Positions 27,611 through 38,608 of a DNA stretch of 64,000 bases are shown in pieces. How positions within the stretch are numbered: the first letter of the stretch is position 1; each line of letters opens with the position of its first letter. A program made the translations under genes and the position numbers. The DNA is from Podarcis melisellensis (lineage: Eukaryota): assembly GCA_964234715.1 (NCBI GenBank), contig OZ174281.1; one strand, written 5' to 3'. The notes under the pieces were generated by a model. That model saw nothing but the letters and a program-made list of their open reading frames with translations. It was not told the DNA's origin and did no database searches.

Positions 27611-28767
27611 TGAGCAAACCATGGCTGTTAATAACAATGGCCATGGTCACACCACATTCTGGTGAAGCTCAGTTTGTCAGTAGGTAGCGGGAGGAGCTAT
27701 TATGATGCCCCACCCTTGGAGACAGATGGAATCTGATGGATGCCTAAATGCTCTAGAGGTTTCTTCTCAGTTTCCAGCTGACAGGCCTGGCACTGCTGTT
27801 GAATCTAGAGTTTCACAATGGAATGGCTAATGACAGGATTGCTCCCAAGCAAATTTCAGATAGACTATGACTGAACACAAGGAAGAACAAAATATTGTGC
27901 GTATTTTGTGATCGTGATGGTGGCACAGTGTGCTCACTTTTGTGACACCACTGCATCTCCTCATATAGCAAAATCCAGTAGAGCTCTTCCAGGTGGTAAA
28001 TACATATTAAAAAATCATTCTGTGACACATTTGCAAAGCACTTTTGGGGATAAAATCCATCCAATTCACAATGAACTAGACATTGATGCCAATACTTGTC
28101 TGTCGGAATAGGCCACTTGCGACACAGGTTTAACCTTCATTAACAAGGGTACCCAAGCCACTTAGGCACAGTCAACCATAAGAAAAGGAAGCACTTTTCA
28201 GAATACCGAGAACAGGAAACACATCGCATACAAAAATATAAACTGATTTACATTTTTCCATAATGCACGCTGGATACAAAATATGGCAGTGCCTCCTAAC
28301 AGCACTCATCCATGAAATGAATGGTTGATTGCAGTTTCTATATTATTTTTTTAAAAAAAAATTAAAAATCTGGACTTTCAAGGCAGAATAGGAAAATGAT
28401 TTATCTGGACTGCAAACTATCATCAAATGTGACACAAAATCCAACACTAGCTGCCCATGATCCACACACCACTAAGTGTTAATAATGTAGGTGTTTTTAC
28501 ATTGTAACACTAACCATTAGACTGCACAAAATTCACAAAATTCTGCAGCAGGAGCCATGTAAGATTCCTGTGGTCAATCACAGCCTATGCTGAAAGTTCG
28601 CCTCCTTTTAGAGAAGTACCAACAATGAACCACAAGAGGGAGCTACCTTCGTGCTATTTCTATTGGAACAGTCTCCATAATAGTGCTACTTTTTAACCTA
28701 TAAAAGAAAATCTCACGACATTATCAAAACCTTCCCTCCAAAAACCTGTATTTGCAAATAACTTTAC

Positions 28768-28891
28768 CTTGGTAGATTCTGGGAACCCTCCCCACGTCCA
28801 TTCAATGTGAGACTCTGCTCGGAGTAAGCTCTCCGTAGGCTTAACTTCAAGTTCTGAATCACTTTTAGGACAAGTTGGCTGGCTAAATGGG
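28768..28891 (-). CDS. LPIN2: LPIN2 exon 6
   Basis: [41 protein letters not shown]; cag/gtaaa. Confidence 0.96.
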
Positions 28892-30303
28892 CTGTCAAAA
28901 TAAAACAAAGATATTGTGTTTCAAGGCATGAGTTGTTCAGATCTTTTCAAGGACTGTTTTCTCCAGTTTAACAAAGCTTCACTTATACAGAAAGCCAAGT
29001 TGGGCTTTCAGACTGTGAGGCAACAGGAGAAGAAAACTAAAAATCACAATAAAGTAGTTAATGTTGGCCATTCTAAACAGATTTCTTCATATGGTTTTTT
29101 TTTAGACATTTTCAACATAACTATTCTCACAAGGCAAAATAATTATAGTTGCAAGTTCTCTCTCTCAACAATATATTCCTATTCTGCAGGCTTAAAACAA
29201 AAATGACTGAGCACATTTTCAACCTAAGACAAGTATGTACTCATGTAAGCACATCCAGGACTCCCAATCAAAGCATGGTGTGTGATTCAAGTATATTTAT
29301 GGAAACCTGCAAAACCAAGTTAGATTTCTTGGTCCATTTGCAGCCTACTTTTTTTTCTCTTGAAAGGAAGCAGTTTTCAAGACATACGTTCAAATCAAGG
29401 AGATAGATGGCAGGCAAAAATCCACTGACTTTTCCATTGTGATCATAGATCACCCTCATTTCTATTGCCATTCTACCCCTTCCCCACATAATTTACTTGG
29501 TCAGTTACACAGCAAAGAAGCCCTAGTTCTTCTCAGCTGATTTGAAGAAAAGTGTCTATAGAGTTAATACCACATGGAAGTTCCAGGTGTTATTAAGGTA
29601 AGAGGTTCTGGAAAATGTCTAGTATCAGAGGTTGGGGCGAGGACAGCTTAAATTAACTGCCAGGGTGCACTATCCATAGAAACATGGCAAGCCACAGAAG
29701 TATTGCCCATGTTTCAATAGTCCAGTGTTATGCCTAATGTAATGTTTATGCCAGAAAAGCCTCACAAGAAGTATTGATCTCTATTACAAAAGTAGGCAAT
29801 CTGTTCTGAGTCAAGAGCAACATTCCCATGGGGGCATGTGCAATGCATGTGGTGCCAGGGGGGAGAGACATATCAGCAGTGGTTGGGGCCAAAGCTGGGG
29901 GGAAACAACCCTTTTTTTGCTTTTTCCTTCTCTCTCATGCATGCTTTGTGGTGCACACATTCCCCACCACCACCACCAACCACCCCTTCTCTCTCCCCAA
30001 CTCTCTTCCTCGCTTTCCATCATTCAGTGTTCTCTCCCTGCCAGTCAATCTTCCCTTGGGATGCCTAGCCTCCAACTGCTACCAGCCTGCTCTGCTCCTG
30101 CCTCCCTCCCTCCCCAGTTTGCTCTGGATCCTCAGCCTGGAAAAACCCACAGATGTGAGTGAGGAGCCCAGATCTTCTCCTTCTCCGTCCCAGAGATCAC
30201 AGGGAATACCCTGGAGAGTCCCATAGGAGCCAGGGTTTGCCCAGATGTGCTGTAACACCACCGTTCATTACATTAAAAAGAGTGACACATGAAAGTGACC
30301 TAC

Positions 30304-30411
30304 TTCTCCAAAGGAGACCAGTCTCCATCTGATAAAGGGTAATGGTCCTTTGCGTGGTAAATCAATGATTCTTTATACTCCTCATCCTTTGGTGGAGAAT
30401 CTGATGGGTTC
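30304..30411 (-). CDS. LPIN2: LPIN2 exon 5
   Basis: [35 protein letters not shown]; cag/gtagg. Confidence 0.94.
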
Positions 30412-31443
30412 CTGTGGAGATGAGAGTATATTCAAGAGGGGGCTCACAGAAACAACCCTGGTGATGTATTTTAACTGAAGAGTTCCAAGCAACTTGAGGA
30501 GAAACCAATAGATCCCGTAAGCAACTTTTCAACATGGTCCATATTCTGATTTGAGCAAAGCCTGGAGATCCAGCCCCACTGACTCACAAGCCAAGGGCTC
30601 TAACTCCATTTCTCCCAGAGTAAACAGCAACAGGAGCTTTGGAAGATCTCTCCTTTTTGTTGAATGCCAAAGCTGTTCACTATTGTACACATGCTTGGAA
30701 GGATTAAAGAGCCTTTGCTTCTTGGAAGAAAGTGGCTGAAGTATGTAATAGTATGTGTAATAGTATGTAGTATGTTATGATGGAGGCTGGATAGAAAACC
30801 ATGAGAACTAGATCACATTAACTCTGGTGCTGACTTCCCTATTCATATGACAGACTGTGTTTTCTTTGTGGGTCTCACCCTTCATGATTATCTAGTTTGT
30901 TGCGTGTGTGCATGCACTCGTACACCACAACCAACACTTGCTCGGGGAAAAAATTACAAACATATTTAATGACTTACAAATTAGAAAGCCTCCAGCATTT
31001 TCCGATTGAGAAATGGGGTTTGAGTGTTCTCAAAAGTAATGCTTTACAAATTAAAAACTTACGTAATGCAATTTAGATACAGGTTAAAATTATATATTTT
31101 ATTGCAGGTATTTGCTTTAGAAATACATTAGAAATACAACCCGAATGGGTAATTATCAGTGCCTGACTGTGTGACTAGAACATTCAGTTGCCATATCAGC
31201 ATATTTCTTACTAAAGACCACCCCCTAGTTTATTATCTGCTTTTCTGATTTATAAGTAGTTATAAGTTATTACAAACTCCAAATCTGAATTTCCAAATAT
31301 TAAGTAGTTGAACATTTAAACAGCTGGGGGATTTTTTTCTGGTAGGATTTCACACTGTTGCCAAATATAAAACAAATATAATTACTGAGCTTTTTATATT
31401 TCAACAGGTTAGCCAAATAAGAAGGTAGTTTTAAAAACTTTAC

Positions 31444-31745
31444 CTCAGAGGCAGAATACTTCTCTCATCATCTGAGCTAATTTCCATTTCAAAGCCTTCC
31501 TCAGTTCCAGGAGCCGAGATCTGATCTTCCTTCTTGGCATCTTGTTTACATTTTCTTTTCCTTCGCTTTTTCTTCTTCACTGCCCCAGAGGGAAAAAAAG
31601 GCTCTGCTTCCACAATCTGTAGTATTTCTGAGCTTAGACACATCCGTTCATTGTCACCCGATTTCAGCAAGTGATCATCCGTTTCTTTGAAGAACTGGTC
31701 TTCTGTAGGTATTGGGGATGTTGCAAGATGTGCAGGAACTCTTTC
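31444..31745 (-). CDS. LPIN2: LPIN2 exon 4 (polybasic/NLS motif)
   Basis: ERVPAHLATSPIPTEDQFFK...VKKKKRRKRKCK...; tag/gtaaa. Confidence 0.95.
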
Positions 31746-32170
31746 CTAAAAAAAAAAAAAAATGATTTGTGAAAGAATAACAGTTACATACATTATGTAT
31801 GCACTACTAAACTATTACAATATTCACTATATTGGAATTATATTGGAATTTATACTAAATTAGCATATTGAAATCACAGTGAATGTATGAATTCCCATGT
31901 AAATGCCGGTAATTCCAGATCCTTTTTTGTAATGTTCAGAAACTCAACAGACATACCTAAGACTTTTCATTGTCACTTAAATAGGAATGTCAGTATTCAC
32001 TCATGTACGTCCAAAAAGTGAGGAAAAGAAACACCTGGCCCCTAAATTCAAAATGCTTAATTATATGAAATCCTTATTTCCCAATACACAATTTCCTCCC
32101 TACTACATAAAATATGTACAGCTACAACAGAATGTCAGAATAGACATGGATGTTAAATTATGCTACTTAC

Positions 32171-32266
32171 AAATTTTTCTTCTGTTTCCTGCACAAAGAA
32201 AGCTTCGCCATTATCACCCAATTTCATATGAAGATCAACTGCTTCTCCGTTAATTTCAATATCAAT
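32171..32266 (-). CDS. LPIN2: LPIN2 exon 3 (N-Lip)
   Basis: [32 protein letters not shown]; cag/gtaag. Confidence 0.97.
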
Positions 32267-33169
32267 CTGTGGAACACACAATACCCTTTCAGAATTTGAA
32301 AATGAGAATACACACAAAAATTAAAATATATTTTGCCTCTTTACGTTATCCATCCCACCCCTCTAATCTTTGAGAGAAATGGGTAAAGACTGAATGATCA
32401 ACATACTCTCTAGTACTTGTCTACCCACTTTGATCAGAGCATGCATTACCTGTGACAAGCTGACCCAGTATATCTAAACTTTGTGAAGTTGGAAGAAGGT
32501 AACAACCCCACCAGCATAAACCAACACATGTTACAGAAACTGAGAAAGGCAGGAAAGAGCAACTACAGCCACTTCCTTCATCAAAGCTGAGAGAGGTGAG
32601 AAAGAAGCAGGTTGCATCATACCTCATATGAACCAGTGAGACTGGGCAAGAATGAAGTTAAGAAGAGTTCTGCTGGCTAAGGTCAAGCCCCATCTTGCTG
32701 TTCTCACAGTGGCCAGCTAGGTACCTATGGTAAGTCTATTAAGTAGGACATGAGAGCAAAAGCACTCTCCCTACTTGTGCTACTGGTATGCAGAGGCATG
32801 CAGTCTTGGATGCTGGAGGTAGTACACAGCAATCATGTTTAATAGCTATTGGAAGCCTTATCCTCCATGAATTTTAAATCCATGAATTTTAAAGTAATCC
32901 AGGTTTGTGACCATTGCTGTATCATGTATCAGCAGCTGTTTGGCCCAGCTGCAACCTAGCTGCCCAAGGCCAAATGTGATCTGCAGGGACAGAGTCACCT
33001 AATGCTGAATCTATGACAAAGCACTCATTCCTTGTCACCTTCCTGAGTAGCTCATCCGGAGCAACAACACTGACTCATTGTCCATTTCACTAGAGTTCCT
33101 AAACATGACTAAGGAGATTCATTCATTTTACGCCAGAACTAGCAGCAACTAACCAAGAAAACCAGGGAT

Positions 33170-33660
33170 CATTATGGATAGCTCAATGAAAACATCCACT
33201 CATGTCTGCTGAGTGAGAAGTTTCCATACCCCACAATAAAACCCACCAAAGCTAGAGATTATTAAAAAAGAGAGGCTGAAAATCAAACTGCCAGTATCAT
33301 AATGCCTTTGTATAAATATATGGTGTGGCCACACTTGGAATGCCGTGCACAGTTGTGGTTTTCTCTTCTGAAGGATGATTTTGTACAGCTGGACAAGACA
33401 AAGAAAGGAGCAACTAACATTATCAGGGGCCTGAGGAAAGTTGACTATTTAAAGCTTTTTATTTTAGAAAAATGGCAAAGGAGAAGCATAGGAGAGAGGT
33501 TTATAAAACTGTGCATAGTGTAGAGAAAGTGGACAGAAAAGTTTTCCTCCCTCTCTACTAGAACTCCCATTACTATGAAGGCACTGGTTTCCCAGTGAAA
33601 TTGAGTAACAGTAGATTCAGACAGACAAAATCCAAATGAATGTATGGCATTTGCTGTCAA
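33170..33660 (+). mobile_element. Degenerate CR1 LINE ORF2 fragment
   Basis: PLYKYMVWPHLECRAQLWFSLLKDDFVQLDKTKKGATNIIRGL resembles the CR1 motif PLYKxxVRPHLEYCVQFWSP; boundaries approximate. Confidence 0.75.
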
Positions 33661-34066
33661 CAGTTCCTATATTTTCATACTTAACCTCACAAACTCTCAT
33701 GGCTGCTAGTCATAAGATCAGCCCAATTTAAAGACATCCCCCTCCTCTGTAGGTTAAAAAGAGAAATGCATGCAAAATATATAGCACGCAACAAGAGATG
33801 CAAGTCTTTGTTGTACTAATGAAACAACAAGGTTAATAATACTCTATTTAGTCATAAATTAGAGTGGCTTAGATTTCAGATCTGCACCATTGTTTGAGAA
33901 ATGCAGTATCAGTAGGAAATTTGATTTAAATCAAGTCATCCTGTATCAAGTCTCAAATGCATCCATTCCCCTTTACAGCTTTCTTCCCCCTTCCAAAAAT
34001 AGATTTATATAGACGAAACTGCAGAATAGTTTTCATTACAAGGTCTCCATCATTCATGATACTCAC

Positions 34067-34258
34067 AACTTTCTCCTTCGAACGTAAGACACCAAGCTTT
34101 CCAAATCGGACATGGAATGGGGAGCAAAGGTATGTGCCATCTTGTTGCCGAACTACAATTACATCAATGCATCCTGAGAGCGTCGCCTGATTGATTCCTT
34201 TGTATAGTTCCTTAACAGTCACCAGAACTTGGCCTGCAAGCTGCCCCACGTAATTCAT
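34067..34258 (-). CDS. LPIN2: LPIN2 exon 2, start codon and N-Lip domain (exon begins at 34267)
   Basis: [36 protein letters not shown]...[13 protein letters not shown]|gtgag; acceptor ttctttgcag 9 nt before ATG. Confidence 0.97.
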
Positions 34259-35021
34259 AATTTAAGGCTGCAAAGAAGAAATTGATTGAAACGATTAATC
34301 AAAATTTAGGCAAAAGGTAAAAGGTAGTCATGGTTGCACATAAGAAAATTCCAAAGTTCTCCAAGTCACTAGCATAAAAGTGTAAGAAGCTTTTCTAGAC
34401 CATGATCCCCACACACAGCTTATCTTTATATGCCATATTCAGTATCTCAGTTTCCAGCTTCTACAGTTCTAGGAATTGATAAACGTCACTAATAAATCTC
34501 TATAGCTCAAACGTTCAGTTGCCTATCAGCAACTGTTTACTAATGAAGTGTAGATGAATCCAGAAAACTACATACATGTGTGAACTAGTCCTAAGTTTAG
34601 GAGCATCTAATGATGAAACTAGGAAGGAGGGCAGGGGAAAATGGACAGAAGGTGGGAGGATGGTATGATCCTGTAGCCCAGTCCTTAAAATTTTGGTTCC
34701 AGTTATATGAACTAGATATTTATTACTGTTCTAGTTTTGTTCTTTTATCTGACGGTACCTCAGTAATCAGTTTCTAAAATGACCTAATAACCAGCTTGGA
34801 TTGTTGTACACAACGGGTTACTTTGCATGTGAGTGCATGTGTGCTGCATAAAATAAACAAAATTCCATTTTCAGATGATTAAAATGGCATTCCATATTAA
34901 GTGCTTTTATGGAATGTCAAGTAATGAAAAGCTAGGATGAAGTAATAGTTAAATATGCAGCAAGTAGCAGAGCAAGCATACGTAAATTGCTAACCAATAA
35001 AGCGTATATATATATATATAT

Positions 35022-35233
35022 ATGCAGGTTTTGGTGTCCTCGGGTGTCTTCCCGTGTAAAAGTTGGGGTGTCTAGGCGACGTTTCGACGAGGTCTCACTC
35101 GTCATCTTCAGCACCAGCCTGAAGATGACGAGTGAGACCTCGTCGAAACGTCGCCTAGACACCCCAACTTTTACACGGGAAGACACCCGAGGACACCAAA
35201 ACCTGCATTCCTGTACCCGTGAAAATCTACGAA

Positions 35234-35236
<3 letters not shown>
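35022..35236. mobile_element. Penelope-like element terminus with inverted duplication, inserted in (TA)n
   Basis: Perfect 90-bp arms (35022-35111, 35119-35208), 7-nt spacer, 28-nt unique tail, (TA)n on both sides, hammerhead core present. Confidence 0.75.
35112..35160 (+). ncRNA. Minimal PLE-type hammerhead ribozyme motif (mirror copy on - at about 35070-35118)
   Basis: CUGAAGA-U-GACGAG(UGAGAC)CUCGUC-GAAA-CG-UC. Both conserved boxes, 6-bp stem II, palindromic ACGU in place of stem III, GUC site. Stem I is weak. Confidence 0.65.

Positions 35237-35270
<34 letters not shown>
35237..35270. repeat. (AT)n microsatellite; partner tract at 35005-35023
   Basis: Read directly. Confidence 0.95.
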
Positions 35271-35273
<3 letters not shown>

Positions 35274-36421
35274 GTTGATATTGTTGTACCATGGCAGAAT
35301 GTACAACACTCTGATGAAGCCACTGAATAATGGAATAAGAGTTACAGACTGACTCTATGCCAAATTAATATTTTTATTTTATTTTAGTAAACCAGTATGT
35401 GTGTGTGTGTCAAAAACCTAAATGCTTATTCAATGTTAAAGCACCACTTAACATAAGAACAGACTGCTACTAGTATTTCTTTCTACAATAAAAAGGTTTG
35501 AAAATGTTTCCTCAGCTTTCTTACAGAATAGTAGTGCAGTTTAAAAACAACTCATCTCAAGAAAGCCTGTGTGTGGTATCTTTACTATATGGGCTTTCCC
35601 AGCTGTCCTTCACTGCTAGAGATAACCAGTCATGCTCTGTTTACAGTGATAGGCAATGATGTTGCATTCCGAGTCACATGATATTAGTTTCATTCTATTT
35701 ACCATGTGATTTCTCCTATCGGACTTAATCCCAGGCCTGCTTAGCACATGCCTTTTTCTGAATTTGCAGACTGCATTCCGTCAGTGGGCAGGTGAAAGCA
35801 GGAGATGCATGCTTGCTCACTTCAGGACATAACACAGGCCAACAGGAAGAAAGAGGTTTTCTTTCTGTGCGCCCACAGCTTTCTCTGGCTTCCCCCAGAC
35901 ATTATTCTACCTGGTTTCGTGTTAGCTTTTGTTTTTCATATCTGGCCCATAGTCCAAATGTGGGAGCAGGGTGCATGGCCATGGGTGTGCCCACACTGTA
36001 AAGGGATAGGTCAACTGCTGTCAGCTGCTATGCACAGTGCAGCTGGAATAACAGGAAGAGTGGAGCACTGGGATGGAATCACAGATCAATCAGTCCAGTC
36101 ACAAAATGCAAGGTATGAGCTCAGATATCTAACTGAAGGGGGCTGGGATGAAGGTGAAGGAAAGAAGCAGACAAAAGGACAGGTAGGCAGTGGGGTCTGG
36201 AAGAGAAGCTGCCTTGCATGTATCACTCTTGTCTTTGACCTGGGTGCTGTAGCAAATGAATTATATGCAGGTGAGTGGCCCGCGGGCTGCCAGAAGAGAA
36301 ACAACACTCTGCTCCTCTTCTGGCAGTGCCTTGTGTTTCTGCACTAGGCGAGTGGTAAAATACCAGACTGGTATAAACAATTTAATTATTGTATTCTCAT
36401 AATGCAAAGCCCTTGTCAATA

Positions 36422-36647
36422 CAGTGGTACCTCAGGTTACATACACTTCAGGTTACAGACTCCGCTCACCCATAAATAGTACCTCGGGTTAAGAACTTTG
36501 CTTCAGGATGAGAACAGAAATCATGCTCCAGCAGCGCGGCGGCAGCAGGAGGCCCCACTAGCTAAAGTGGTGCTGCAGGTTAAGAACAGTTTCAGGTTAA
36601 GAACAGACCTCTGGAACGAATTAAGTACTTAACTCGAGGTACCACTG
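36422..36647. mobile_element. Tc1/mariner-type MITE, same family as 15580
   Basis: TIRs cagtggtacctc / gaggtaccactg, TA TSD, same internal sequence. Confidence 0.85.
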
Positions 36648-38277
36648 TAATAGGGAAACTCTCACACACCCCAGGTGTTCAGATGTCCAAAAAGTTGCTT
36701 CTGACTAAAACTTAGAAAGTTTGTATATTTCTTAATCCTTGTTTTAAAAAATGCAAGTCTTTCTTTTCTTTCTAGCTTTCTTCTTGTATATGCTGCTGGT
36801 GGTAGTGTTATAGAACATTGCAGATACATGTAGATTCACTTGCATGAAATTTGAATACTTTAAGCTATTTCTTTGTTACCATCTTACAAGCAGCAGTCCA
36901 AAAGAAACAACTTCTTTTCCTTTTTTTGCAATGTTGTTACATTTCTTGAAAACATTGAAAATTCCCTGGCCACCTATTTCAACTAGTTCCTCTGTCTATA
37001 ATAAACCCTAGTCAAGCTATTTATTCCTTTACTTAATACTATTTCTTTCCCGTCCTTAATCACCAGGTGTTTCAAGGGTAGGTTACATAGAAAAAAGCAG
37101 GTGCACACAATAAAACCAAGCAACAGAACACTAAACAGCACCAAACACTGAAGTGTTTTAAATAAAGTTGCTTAATATCACTATGATAATTTCACCATAA
37201 TTTGCAGTCAGGGGAAGGATTCCGTGCTATTTACCACTGCAAATACATTTTGAATGTTATTACCGCTTTGCTGTACCAGAACCTCAAGGTATTGCCAGGG
37301 TGATTGCTGTTAGATTGCTGTTATCACTGTGATAGCACCAAATAAACAAATGCAGCATGTAAACAAAAACAACAAACCAACCCTTCTGCGGTCTAATTAG
37401 GTAGTTCAAGTAATGCATGGGAAAAGGGTCAATAACTTGTGTATACCCCAACTCATTGTTAAGGAGATTTTTTCATGGACTGCAGAGAGAAGGTGCACTT
37501 CCTGATACACATGTCAAGCAACCCACAAGCCCATATATCTGGCATTTGGTGGACAGCAGCAATACGTTGTGAGCTGCTTCTCCACAGCCTTGAATGGCTG
37601 GGCATCATTTTTTAAAATTCAAAAATCTCCTTTTTCTACTTCCTTGTAACATCACGCAGCCAGTCAGATTTGGCAACTGTGACATCACCAAAGGCAAACT
37701 AAACAATGCCCACATTCTAAACTAGCTTCCTTTGCCACCAACATCAACATAATCGCACAGCCAAATCTGATTAGCTGCTATTAGGATAAAGGGGCTCATT
37801 TTTCAAACAAAATATGGCACCAAAGTGGCAACTAATGGGGCTGTAGAGCACAACCATAGTAAGGGTTTTACCGGTAAAGATTGAAGGGCCCCCAAAAGGT
37901 CCCTCTTATGCCAAAGTTTTTATTAGAAGACATTTGTCTCAGCCCATGTGTTGAGCACATTTCATTATTTCACTTCTAGGTAGCTTGTGAAGGGCTTTCA
38001 ATAACAAAACATGTTAATTTTTAACACTTGTAATCCCATCTCATTGTGCCATAAACACCAGAGATCTAATCTCCTCTATCTGTCAGCTGTACTTTCTTGA
38101 CAAATGCTATGGGTGAAGTAAATGTGCCCAGAAGGCAAGGTGAATTAGTGGGAAGAGAGAGAGGGAGGGAGATGGAGAGAGAGCACAAACCAGATGGAGA
38201 GAGAGCACAAACCAGACTCCTCTTCCCCCTAGCATCATCCATTCCCATTCAGACTCACCTCGCTTACTCACAGTGTA

Positions 38278-38608
38278 AAAGGTAAAGGGACCCCTGACCA
38301 TTAGGTCCAGTCGTGGCCGACTCTGGGGTTGCGGCGCTCATCTCGCTTTATTCGGTGTACAGCTTCCAGGTCATGTGGCCAGCATGACTAAGCCGCTTCT
38401 GGCGAACCAGAGCAGCGCATGGAAATGACGTTTACCTTCCCACCAGAGTGGTACCTATTTATCTACTTGTACTTTGATGTGCTTTCGAACTGCTACGAGC
38501 AGGAACCAAGCAACAGGAACTCACCCCGTCATGGGGATTCAAACCGCAGACCTTTTGATCGGCAAGTCCTAGGCTCTGTGGTTTAACGCACAGCGCCACC
38601 CGCGTCCC
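38278..38608 (-). mobile_element. Sauria SINE
   Basis: Same family in reverse; perfect 12-bp TSD actcacagtgta (38266-38277, 38609-38620). Confidence 0.88.

Noticed and set aside
34932-35352. Two opposite-strand ORFs (125 and 121 aa) sharing peptide blocks
   Set aside because: Produced by the perfect inverted repeat and (TA)n tracts (YIYIYI); not protein genes.
35805-36347. 180-aa ORF on + in LPIN2 intron 1
   Set aside because: No recognisable domain or splice context; likely chance.
37657-37778. 19-bp imperfect inverted repeat with an ~85-nt spacer
   Set aside because: Most simply an old decayed MITE; no sign of function.
38170-38215. 22-bp tandem duplication (agatggagagagagcacaaacc x2)
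   Set aside because: Ordinary slippage in a GA-rich tract.
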